NCBI GenBank assembly: GCA_035468285.1
Contig: DATISY010000009.1
Span: 1,134 to 65,133 of the forward strand
Source: Acidimicrobiia bacterium
Lineage (GTDB): Bacteria > Actinomycetota > Acidimicrobiia > IMCC26256 > PALSA-555
Reading direction: 5' to 3'
Length of the DNA: 64,000 nt
Part shown: positions 8,424-16,367 of the stretch, one piece after another
How the letters are laid out: each line of letters begins with the position of its first letter
Position numbering within the stretch: the stretch's first letter is position 1
Notes under the pieces: model-generated
The model's input: the letters and a program-made list of their open reading frames with translations, nothing else
Databases searched by the model: none
What the model was told of the DNA's origin: nothing
Translations under genes and position numbers: made by a program

Positions 8424-9137
8424 ATGAATCGTCACGCTCGCCGGATGCTCACCGTCGCCTCGATCGTCGGCGGTGGCCTGCTCGGGGCGGCGCCCGTCGC
8501 GGCCGCGGCCCCCGTCGACCCGCCCCCGTCCCCCGCGCCCACGACGGCCAGCGACGCGCCCGGTCCCCCGACCACGACCCCCGCGGTGCGCACGGGACGA
8601 GCGACCGGACCCGCCGACCCTGGGGCGGCGAGTGGGGCCCCCGTGCCCATTCCGGTGACCCCACCCGCGGGGCCCGTCGACTCGGTCCGCACCGGCCGGA
8701 CCGCCGATCTCGTCCCGCCCGTCGACGCCCCGGCGGCGCCGCCCGCCACCACCCCCTCCCCCACCCCCCCCCCCTCGGCTCCTGATCCGACCCCGTCGAG
8801 CCCGCCACCGACCGCGGCGACCCGGCCCGCGTCGGCGCTCCCGGCTCCCAACCACGGGAACCCCACAACGGCCAAGCCGCCGGCCGTCAGCGTCGCCACC
8901 GGTCCCCCGCCGCCGGGTCCGGGCATGCACCCGACCGTCGCCGGCGACGACCTCTGGAGCATCGCCGCGGCTCAGGTCGCACAGGCCACCGGTCGGCCGG
9001 TCGCGTCGCTGTCGGACGGCGAGGTGGCGGCCTACTGGGCGCAGGTCTGCGACGCGAACCGGGCCCGGCTGCGCTCCGGTGACCTCAACCTGATCTTCCC
9101 CGGGGAGGACATCGTCCTCCCCCCGATCCAGGTGTGA
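8424..9137 (+). CDS. Secreted proline-rich protein with C-terminal LysM-like domain
   Basis: ATG at 8424 with signal peptide 'MNRHARRMLTVASIVGGGLLGAAPVAAAAP'. Long P/T/S/A low-complexity linker. C-terminus 'TVAGDDLWSIAA...NLIFPGEDIVLPP' is LysM-like. Confidence 0.65.
   Translation: MNRHARRMLTVASIVGGGLLGAAPVAAAAPVDPPPSPAPTTASDAPGPPTTTPAVRTGRATGPADPGAASGAPVPIPVTPPAGPVDSVRTGRTADLVPPVDAPAAPPATTPSPTPPPSAPDPTPSSPPPTAATRPASALPAPNHGNPTTAKPPAVSVATGPPPPGPGMHPTVAGDDLWSIAAAQVAQATGRPVASLSDGEVAAYWAQVCDANRARLRSGDLNLIFPGEDIVLPPIQV
8764..8774 (+). repeat. Homopolymeric C11 tract inside the LysM-protein coding sequence
   Basis: Read directly: ...cca ccccccccccc tcgg..., encoding part of TPPPS. Confidence 0.95.
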
Positions 9138-9185
9138 GCCCCCGGGAGCGCGAGCGGTCTCGGTCGGCGTCCGGCGTGCGGGTGG

Positions 9186-11375
9186 TCAGGGATCGCGGGG
9201 CAGGCCGAGGACCCGTTCTGCGACGATGTTGCGCTGGATCTCACTCGTCCCGCCGGCGATGGTGAGGTTCCGGTTGAAGAGGAACCCTCGGCTCCAGGTG
9301 TCGCCGTCGCCCTGCGCGATCGCGCCCCGTGGGCCGAGGAGGGCGAGCCCGACCTCTTGGACGTGTTGGTCGTGGACGACGCCGAGCAGCTTGCGGACCG
9401 AGGCTTCGGATCCGCTCGGGTCGGCACCGGCGAGCGCGGCCAGGGTCAGCCGGAAGCCAAGGCAGGCGAGCGCGTGGGCGGTGGCCACGACGCCGCCGAG
9501 CTCGTCGAGCACGACCGTGTCGGGCGCGTCACCCTCGGCAACCATGCGGAGGATCTGCTCGAGGCCGTGGCCGAGCGCCAGCCCGCTGCCCATGAACACC
9601 CGCTCGTTGGCGAGCGTGGTGCGCGCCGCGCGCCAACCGTCCCCGGGTCGGCCGACCACGCAGTCGTCGGGCAAGAACGCGTCGTGGAAGAACACCTCGT
9701 TGAACATCGATTCGCCGGTGAGCTCGCGGAGGGGCCGGACGTCGAGCCCGTCGGTGTGGCGCATGTCGACCATGAAGCATGAGATGCCGTCGTGTTTGGG
9801 GAGGTCGGGGTCGGTGCGGGCGAGGAGGATCCCCCAGTCGGCGCTCTGGGCCATCGACGTCCAGACCTTCTGGCCGGTGACGAGCCACCCTCCCTCGGCC
9901 TTCGCTGCCCGGGTGGTGAGGCTGGCCAGGTCGGATCCGGCGCCGGGCTCGCTGAACAGCTGACACCAGGTGATCTCGCCGTAGAGCGTCGGGGGGATCC
10001 AGCGCGCTTGCTGCTCCTCGCTCCCGTACACCATGACCGGTGGGAGCGCCCAGCTCCCGACCATGATCCCCGGCCGGGGGACCCGGGCCCGGCGGAACTC
10101 CTCGTCGATGACGAGCTGCTCGATGGCTTTGGCGTCCCGGCCCCACGGCCGGGGCCACGTCGGCATGAGGTAGCCGGCGTCCGCGACACGTCGGCGCTGG
10201 TCGTCGCGGGGAAGGTCGCGGACCTCGTCGAGGAAGAGACGCACCTCGGCGCGGATCGCGTCCGCGGCGGGACCGAGATCGACGCTGAGCTGCGGTCGTG
10301 CCCCCGCGAGGGCGCGGCGCGCCGTCTCCACGCGCCACGCGGACGCGGGACCTGCGAGGCTGCGGAGCGCGGACGCGCGCTTGAGGTAGAGGTGCGCGTC
10401 GTGCTCCCAGGTGAACCCGATGCCTCCGAGAATCTGGATGCAGTCCTTCGCGTTGTCGAACGCCGCGTCGAGCGCCAATGCCACCGCGGACGCGGCGGTC
10501 AGATCGCTCGTCTCCTGGTCGGCGGCGGCGCCGCGGGCCGCGTCCCAGGTCGCGGCCCGGGCGAGCTCGACTCGTCCGACCATGTCGGCGCACTTGTGCT
10601 TCACGCCTTGGAACTGGCCGATGGGTCGGCCGAACTGGACCCGGACCTTGGCGTGCTCCGCCGCGGTCGTGACGCACCATTGGGCGACCCCGACGGCGTC
10701 CGCAGCGACGACGACGGCACCGAGGCCGCGGGCCGTGTCGGTCTCGAGCGCGTCGAGGATCCGATCCGGGGGTACGACAAGATCGTCGACCGTGACCTCG
10801 GTGACGCGGCGGGTCACGTCCACGCTCGGCAGCTCCCGGACCGCGAGGTCGTCGGCGTCGAGCGCGCACCACACGTCGCGGTCGCCGACGCGGACGGGGA
10901 CGACGAGGACGTCGGCGAGGTGGGCGCCGAGGACCGGCCGGAGCGTCCCGTGAACGCGGAGGCCGTCGGCGGTCTCCTGCCCCACGAGCCCGGGGGCAGC
11001 GTCGAGCGCTGCCGCGCCGATCCGTTCCCCGGAGGTCAGCGCGGGAAGCAGGGACTTGGCAATCGGTTCGCTGCCTCCCGCCTGGATGAGGGCCGCGGTG
11101 AGGACGGTGGGGAGCACGGGGCCCGGTGCCATCACGCGCCCGAGCTCCTCGAGGACGACGACCAGCTCGGGGAGTCCGAACCCGGAGCCGCCGTAGGCCT
11201 CGTCGACGTGGAGGCCGAGCCAGCCTTGCTGGGCCAGCTCGTCCCAGAACGGCGGGCGTGTCTCGGTCGGGGCGTCGAGGAGCGCGCGCGGCACGCTGGG
11301 CGGGCAGTGCCGCTCGCACCAGCCGCGCACGGCGTCGTGGAGCGCGAGATGGTCCTCCGAGACACCGATCGGCAC
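9186..11375 (-). CDS. Double-domain (fused) acyl-CoA dehydrogenase, FadE34-like
   Basis: 729 aa. The N-half ends 'ILGGIGFTWEHDAHLYLKR' (same type as 5208 and 46077). The C-half has 'WCQLFSEPGAGSDLASL' and ends 'AGGTSEIQRNIVAERVLGLPRDP' (same type as 47041). Confidence 0.9.
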   Translation of the reverse strand: MPIGVSEDHLALHDAVRGWCERHCPPSVPRALLDAPTETRPPFWDELAQQGWLGLHVDEAYGGSGFGLPELVVVLEELGRVMAPGPVLPTVLTAALIQAGGSEPIAKSLLPALTSGERIGAAALDAAPGLVGQETADGLRVHGTLRPVLGAHLADVLVVPVRVGDRDVWCALDADDLAVRELPSVDVTRRVTEVTVDDLVVPPDRILDALETDTARGLGAVVVAADAVGVAQWCVTTAAEHAKVRVQFGRPIGQFQGVKHKCADMVGRVELARAATWDAARGAAADQETSDLTAASAVALALDAAFDNAKDCIQILGGIGFTWEHDAHLYLKRASALRSLAGPASAWRVETARRALAGARPQLSVDLGPAADAIRAEVRLFLDEVRDLPRDDQRRRVADAGYLMPTWPRPWGRDAKAIEQLVIDEEFRRARVPRPGIMVGSWALPPVMVYGSEEQQARWIPPTLYGEITWCQLFSEPGAGSDLASLTTRAAKAEGGWLVTGQKVWTSMAQSADWGILLARTDPDLPKHDGISCFMVDMRHTDGLDVRPLRELTGESMFNEVFFHDAFLPDDCVVGRPGDGWRAARTTLANERVFMGSGLALGHGLEQILRMVAEGDAPDTVVLDELGGVVATAHALACLGFRLTLAALAGADPSGSEASVRKLLGVVHDQHVQEVGLALLGPRGAIAQGDGDTWSRGFLFNRNLTIAGGTSEIQRNIVAERVLGLPRDP

Positions 11376-11453
11376 GCGGTGATCCTACGAACTGGCTGAC
11401 GGGGCCGTCAGGTTGGGGGCGGCGGAACGGGTCGGCGCCCCGCCGCGGTCCTG

Positions 11454-11660
11454 TCACACGAGACGTTCGTCGTCCCGCCAGACGGCGATGGCCTGGGTCG
11501 GGCAGCCCTGCCCGGCGAGGACGACCTTGTCTTCGTCGTCGCCGGCGGGGTCGACCACGAACGCGATGCCGTCGTCACCAAGGTCGAACGTCTCGGGCGC
11601 CCAGAAGGAGCAGTTGCCCGAGCCCATGCACTTCGCGCTGTCGATCTCGATCCGGAGCAC
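11454..11660 (-). CDS. Ferredoxin, single-cluster 3Fe-4S type
   Basis: 68 aa. 'CMGSGNC' (C-x5-C) plus distal 'CP' motif. Starts immediately after the P450 stop (11661). Confidence 0.85.
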   Translation of the reverse strand: MLRIEIDSAKCMGSGNCSFWAPETFDLGDDGIAFVVDPAGDDEDKVVLAGQGCPTQAIAVWRDDERLV

Positions 11661-12902
11661 TCAGACCTGGACGGGCTCGGCGGTGTCGAACAGCACCGGG
11701 AGGGAAGTCGGGGACCGGAACGTCTCGCCGTGGATGTGCGCGTCGTCCCGGGACACGGCGGCCGGGTCGAGACGGAGGTGACCGCACCGGTCCAGGAGCC
11801 GGTTGACCGCGGCGCGCATCTCCATCCGCGCCAGGTGCATGCCGAGGCACATGTGCGGTCCGACGCCGAACGAGATGACCGGCTGGGGGGTCCGTCGGAG
11901 GTCGAACTCCTCGGCGTGGTCCCAGCGGCGCTCGTCGCGGTTGGCGGAGCCGATGTTCGGGATGACCTGCGCGCCGGCGGGGATCTCGGTCCCGGCGATC
12001 TCGGTGTCGCGCCGCGCGACGCGGGACGTGATGAGGAGCGGGGGCTCCCAGCGGATGGACTCCTCGACCGCCGCGGGGAGCGCGGACCGATCGGCACGGA
12101 CGGCGTCGAGCTGTCGATCGTCGGCGAGCAGACCGAAGAGGAGGTTGCCCGTCGCGCGGTACGTCGTCTCGGCTCCCGCGGGGAGCAGCAGCCGGAGGAA
12201 CGAGAAGATCTCCTCGTCGCCGAGCCGCTCCCCGTCGAGTTCGGTCGCGGCGAGCTCGCTGATGAGGTCGCCGCGGGGCTCGGCTCGACGCTGCTCGAGG
12301 AGCTGTTCCAGGTAGGCGCGCAGCTCCTGGGAGGCCCGGATGCCCTCCATGGGGCGCGCCCCGACGCTGATGATGGCCCCCGCCCACCGGTGGAACTGCT
12401 CGTCGTCCTCGCGGGGCAGACCAAGGATCTCGCCGATGACCTGCACCGGGTACCGGTAGGTGAGTTCCCGGACGAGCTCCGCCTCGCCATGCTCGATGAA
12501 CCCGTCGATCATCTCGTCGACGATCGGGACGACCAGGTCGTCTTCGAGGTGCGCGAGGGTCTTGTGCCGGAACGCCTGCGCGACGAGGGAGCGCAACCGC
12601 TTGTGGTCCGGCTCGTCCATGCCCACGAGGGGGTACGGGCCCATGACCGCCGACATGCCGGCTCGGATGCTCTCGGACGAGAACGTCTCGTTGTCCCGGA
12701 GCACCGCCGCGCAGTCGTCGTACCGGTACACCTCGTAGCCGTCGACCGGCTCGCCCCCGGCGCCCCACGCGGCCCGGGACCCGACGGGCATCTCCCGGCG
12801 GCGGCGGGCGAGCTCGGGATGGGGGTCCCGGACGTCGCGGCCGTCGGCCGCGAACTGCTCCATCGGGTCCCATCCGGTGAGCGGACGGACGGTCGAGGTC
12901 AC
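11661..12902 (-). CDS. Cytochrome P450
   Basis: Heme-thiolate loop 'FGVGPHMCLG', I-helix 'LLPAGAETT', 'EESIRWEPP' ExxR region. Confidence 0.95.
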   Translation of the reverse strand: MTSTVRPLTGWDPMEQFAADGRDVRDPHPELARRRREMPVGSRAAWGAGGEPVDGYEVYRYDDCAAVLRDNETFSSESIRAGMSAVMGPYPLVGMDEPDHKRLRSLVAQAFRHKTLAHLEDDLVVPIVDEMIDGFIEHGEAELVRELTYRYPVQVIGEILGLPREDDEQFHRWAGAIISVGARPMEGIRASQELRAYLEQLLEQRRAEPRGDLISELAATELDGERLGDEEIFSFLRLLLPAGAETTYRATGNLLFGLLADDRQLDAVRADRSALPAAVEESIRWEPPLLITSRVARRDTEIAGTEIPAGAQVIPNIGSANRDERRWDHAEEFDLRRTPQPVISFGVGPHMCLGMHLARMEMRAAVNRLLDRCGHLRLDPAAVSRDDAHIHGETFRSPTSLPVLFDTAEPVQV

Positions 12903-12912
12903 CGATCGCAGC

Positions 12913-14244
12913 CTATGCCGCCGCGTCGCGGAACCGCTCGTACCGCGCCGCGGTCGCTTCGACCCAGGCGCGGTCCGGTTCGAGGCGACGACCGACCCGA
13001 GCCCAGCGTCGCCCTTCGGTCATCGCGGTGGGCTCCTCGAGTCCTGCGGCGATCCGGGCGAGCCACGCCGACCCCAACGCGCCACCTTCGGGTACGGCGA
13101 CACAGTCCACGGGCAGGTTCGTGGCGTCGGCGACGGCTTGGACCCAGTCGTCGACGCGGGTGCCCCCGCCTGACGCGACGAGGCGACGGGGCGTGATCCC
13201 GTGATGCTCCCGGGCGATGTCGAGGATTCGGCGGGTCACGAACCCGGACGCCTCGAACGCGGCGCGCCGCACCGCGGCGGCGTCGTGGGTCAGGTCGAGG
13301 TCGAGGAGCTGGGCGCGCCGGTCGGGATCGTCGATCGGGGACCGCTCGCCGCGCGGGTAGGGGACCCAGACCGGCACTCGCCGGGGGTCGACGGGCCCGC
13401 GGGGGGCGCCGAGCATCCCGGACGCCCAGTTGCAGAAGAGGCCCCCGGCGTTGCTGGGGCCGCCGACGAGCATCTTCCCGGGCGCGGTGTGCGGGAGCAG
13501 GTACAGGCCGGGGGCCTCCGTGGTCTCGTTGGTAACGGCCCAGACGATGAGGGTCGTGCCGAGCAGCACCAGCACGTCACCGTCGTCGTCGGCGCCGGCG
13601 ACGAGCTGCTCGGCCAGCGCGTCGATGCATCCGGACGCCAACGGTGGGCCGTCGCCGTCGACCCGTTGCGCTTCCCATCCGGTCGGGACGAGGCGTGGGA
13701 ACTGGTCGGGGCGGGCGCCGACGTCGGCGGCGACGGCCGGGTCCCAGGTCTGCCAGTCGAAGAGCGGGTACGCGGTCGCGGCGGTGGACGTGTCGAGAAT
13801 CGCTTCGCCACTCAGCTCGTGGTTCGCGACGGCTTGGGCGGGCCAGTAGCCGGCGGCGTCGGGCTGCGCGGCGACGAGCCAGCGCAGGAACGTGAGCAGC
13901 TCCCCCGTCTCGACGGGGTTCCCGCGGGTCGCGGTGCGGCCTCGTTCGTCGCCGTAGAGCAGCCCCGGCTGCACGGGGATGCCGTCGTGGTCGACGGCGG
14001 TGAGCGACGGGACCATGGCCGCCACGCTGACGCCCCGCACATCGAGCGCACCCAGCTCGCGGAGCGCCTGACGGGGACCGCGCCGCCAGGCGTCAGCGGC
14101 GTCGTGCTCGAAACCGCCGGGCGTCGGCACCCGGAACGTGTGGGGCACGCGCGCGCTGGCGACGACGATGCCGTCATCGTCGGCGGCGACAGCCTTGACC
14201 GAGGAGGTGCCGATGTCGATGCCGACGGTGACCGGGGTGCTCAT
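12913..14244 (-). CDS. FGGY-family carbohydrate kinase (xylulokinase-like)
   Basis: 'VTVGIDIGTSSVKAVA' phosphate-1 motif. C-terminal 'LVASGGGTRVDDWVQAVADATNLPV' FGGY_C motif. Confidence 0.85.
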   Translation of the reverse strand: MSTPVTVGIDIGTSSVKAVAADDDGIVVASARVPHTFRVPTPGGFEHDAADAWRRGPRQALRELGALDVRGVSVAAMVPSLTAVDHDGIPVQPGLLYGDERGRTATRGNPVETGELLTFLRWLVAAQPDAAGYWPAQAVANHELSGEAILDTSTAATAYPLFDWQTWDPAVAADVGARPDQFPRLVPTGWEAQRVDGDGPPLASGCIDALAEQLVAGADDDGDVLVLLGTTLIVWAVTNETTEAPGLYLLPHTAPGKMLVGGPSNAGGLFCNWASGMLGAPRGPVDPRRVPVWVPYPRGERSPIDDPDRRAQLLDLDLTHDAAAVRRAAFEASGFVTRRILDIAREHHGITPRRLVASGGGTRVDDWVQAVADATNLPVDCVAVPEGGALGSAWLARIAAGLEEPTAMTEGRRWARVGRRLEPDRAWVEATAARYERFRDAAA

Positions 14245-15125
14245 GGATTCGCTCGCATCAGGTCGAGGACGTCGTCGTGGAGCCGCCCGTTCGTCGTGAG
14301 GCAGGGTGCACCCTCGGCCCAGCCGTCACCGGTCAGGTCACTGACGCGGCCCCCGGCTTCTTCCACGATGGGGCGCAGCGCCGCGATGTCCCAGACGCCG
14401 AGCGTCGGCTCGACCATGATGTCGACCGCGCCTTCCGCGACGAGCGCATGGCCCCAGAAGTCGGCGAAGCCAACGGCGCGCCACGCGCGCCGGGCGAGGG
14501 TCCGGTACGCGTCGCCGAGCCCGGCCTGCTCGAAGTTCCGCTCGTTGGGTCCGCACACGTGCGCGTCCTCGATTGCCTCGATACCGGAGACGTGGATGCG
14601 GTCACCGTTCGCGTAGGCGCCACCCCCCTGTCGGGCCCACCAGCGCCGTCCGAGCGCCGGCGCCGAGACCACGCCGACGACGAGGACCCCGTCGGATTCG
14701 AGGGCGAGCAAGGTCGCCCAGGCTGGCACGCCCCGCACGAAGCTCTTGGTCCCGTCGATCGGGTCGACGATCCAGCGGCGCGGCGAGTCGCCGACCAGCC
14801 CGAACTCCTCTCCGAGGATCGCGTCGCCCGGACGGCTGACGTCGAGCCGTTCCTGCATCATGGTCTCGACGGCCCGGTCCGCCTCGGTGACCGGCGTGTC
14901 GTCGGGCTTGGTCTCGACGTGGAGGTCGTGGGCGCGGAAATGGTGGGTCGTCAGCTCGTCGGCCTCGTCGCACAGCGCGAGCGCGAGCGCCAGGTCGTCG
15001 TCGAGCTCGGGGCTGGCCAGAGGATGTCCTGTCTCGTCGGTGCTGGGTGGCGTGCTCGCAGCCGCGGTGACGCCCGGTCTAGGCGGCCGGGACCTCGAGG
15101 ACGGTGGCTGAGCCCATGCCCCCAC
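14241..15125 (-). CDS. Inositol monophosphatase family protein, HisN (histidinol-phosphatase)-like
   Basis: 'LALALALCDEADELTTHHF...ETKPDDTPVTEADRAVE...ILGEEFG...WIVDPIDGTKSF' IMPase motifs. The only canonical start in frame is GTG 15125, giving a 47-nt overlap with the thiolase 3' end, so the start is uncertain. ATGA overlap with the FGGY kinase. Confidence 0.8.
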   Translation of the reverse strand: MGAWAQPPSSRSRPPRPGVTAAASTPPSTDETGHPLASPELDDDLALALALCDEADELTTHHFRAHDLHVETKPDDTPVTEADRAVETMMQERLDVSRPGDAILGEEFGLVGDSPRRWIVDPIDGTKSFVRGVPAWATLLALESDGVLVVGVVSAPALGRRWWARQGGGAYANGDRIHVSGIEAIEDAHVCGPNERNFEQAGLGDAYRTLARRAWRAVGFADFWGHALVAEGAVDIMVEPTLGVWDIAALRPIVEEAGGRVSDLTGDGWAEGAPCLTTNGRLHDDVLDLMRANP

Positions 15126-16275
15126 CGGCGCACATGCTCGCGACGGCGTACCCGCCGCCGCGGCGGCGCAGTTCGTAGAGCAGCGTCGTGATCATGCGGG
15201 CACCGGTGCACGCCACGGGATGACCGAGGCTGCAGCCGCTCCCGTTGACGTTGACGATGTCGTGGTCGAAGCCGAGGATCCGGGTCGACGCAACCGCCAT
15301 CGACGCGAACGCCTCGTTGATCTCGACGAGCGCGATGTCGTCGACGGTGAGGCCGGCGCGGTTCAGCGCCTTCGGGATCGCGACCGTCGGTCCGAGGCCC
15401 GTGTCGGCCGGCGGCACCCCGGCTGACGCCCAGGACCGGATGACGGCCAGCGGCTCGAGCCCGTGGGCGGCGGCGTAGTCCCCGTCGCAGACGACGACGG
15501 CGCACGCCCCGTCGTTCAGCCCCGAGGCGTTCCCCGCAGTGATCGAGAACCCGGGGATCTCGGGGTGCAGGGGTGGGAGCTGCGCCAGCTTCTCGCGTGT
15601 CGTGTCGCGGCGCGGGTGCTCGTCGGTGTCGAAGATGCGGGTCTCGCCGCGCCCGGCGGGCACCTCGACGGCGAAGATCTCCTCGCGGAGCCGGCCGTCG
15701 TCGATCGCTGCGATGGCCCGCCGATGGGAGTGGTAGGCCCAGTCGTCCATCTCCTCGCGGGTCACGTCGGCGCGCTGGGCGGTGTTCCAACCGACGGTGA
15801 TGGACATGTCCATCGCGGGCGCGTCAGGGGTCTCGGGGTGGCTAGGCGAGAGCCACGGTTGGACGCCGGCGTAGCTGCCGGGAAGCTTGCGGGACACCTG
15901 GGGTGACTGGGTGATGCTCTCGGTGCCACCGGCGATGACGACCGTGTCCATGCCGGCCTTGATGTTCGCCGCCGCGGTCTGCACGGCGGCCATGCCCGAA
16001 GCGCAGTGCCGGTTGTGGGCCATCCCGGGGACGTCGGTGAGACCGAGCTCGACGGCCACGTAGCGGGCGATGTCACCCCCGCCTTGGAGCACCTCGCCGA
16101 GGACGATGTCGTCGAGGTCGTCCGCGGGGATCCCGGAGCGCTTCAGCGCTTCCTCGACCGCGATGCGGCCGAGGTCGAAGGCGCTGAAGCCGGCCAGCGA
16201 GCCCCGGCGGGCGGTCCCGATCGGGGTGCGAGCGGCAGCCACGATGACGGCGTCTCCCACGGTGGTTCTCCTCAT
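15079..16275 (-). CDS. Acetyl-CoA C-acyltransferase (thiolase II/I family)
   Basis: Start at internal ATG (MRRTTVGDAVIVAAARTPIG). Active-site 'NRHCASGMAAV', 'NEAFASM', 'NGSGCSLGHPVACTGAR', 'CAGGGMG'. Confidence 0.9.
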   Translation of the reverse strand: MRRTTVGDAVIVAAARTPIGTARRGSLAGFSAFDLGRIAVEEALKRSGIPADDLDDIVLGEVLQGGGDIARYVAVELGLTDVPGMAHNRHCASGMAAVQTAAANIKAGMDTVVIAGGTESITQSPQVSRKLPGSYAGVQPWLSPSHPETPDAPAMDMSITVGWNTAQRADVTREEMDDWAYHSHRRAIAAIDDGRLREEIFAVEVPAGRGETRIFDTDEHPRRDTTREKLAQLPPLHPEIPGFSITAGNASGLNDGACAVVVCDGDYAAAHGLEPLAVIRSWASAGVPPADTGLGPTVAIPKALNRAGLTVDDIALVEINEAFASMAVASTRILGFDHDIVNVNGSGCSLGHPVACTGARMITTLLYELRRRGGGYAVASMCAGGGMGSATVLEVPAA

Positions 16276-16367
16276 CTCGTCGGCCTCGCGTCGTGCGCTG
16301 CGGGGCACGCGCTCCTCCGGACCCTACCCTGACGTTCCCGTCAGGTCGCTCGGCTACGTTCGGACCC

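Noticed and set aside
8319-8962. Gly/Arg-rich antisense ORFs opposite the LysM-protein gene (203 aa and 176 aa).
   Set aside because: They mirror the Pro-rich (CCN) linker on the sense strand (GGN on the antisense strand). The sense frame has a signal peptide and a LysM-like domain, and the antisense frames have nothing.
9529-11457. Very long alternative-frame or antisense ORFs, for example 9529-11457, 4955-6088, 35261-37270, 48239-50689, 50659-52908 and 11408-12490.
   Set aside because: Their translations are dominated by Arg/Pro/Gly/Ala runs without any recognisable motif. Each overlaps a gene with clear family signatures in another frame. This is typical stop-codon-poor behaviour of very GC-rich DNA, not overlapping genes.
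15079-15125. Alternative downstream start for the HisN-like IMPase to remove its 47-nt overlap with the thiolase gene.
   Set aside because: No ATG, GTG or TTG exists in frame between 15125 and the conserved 'LALALALCDEADEL' region (only CTG codons). The GTG at 15125 was therefore kept and flagged as uncertain.
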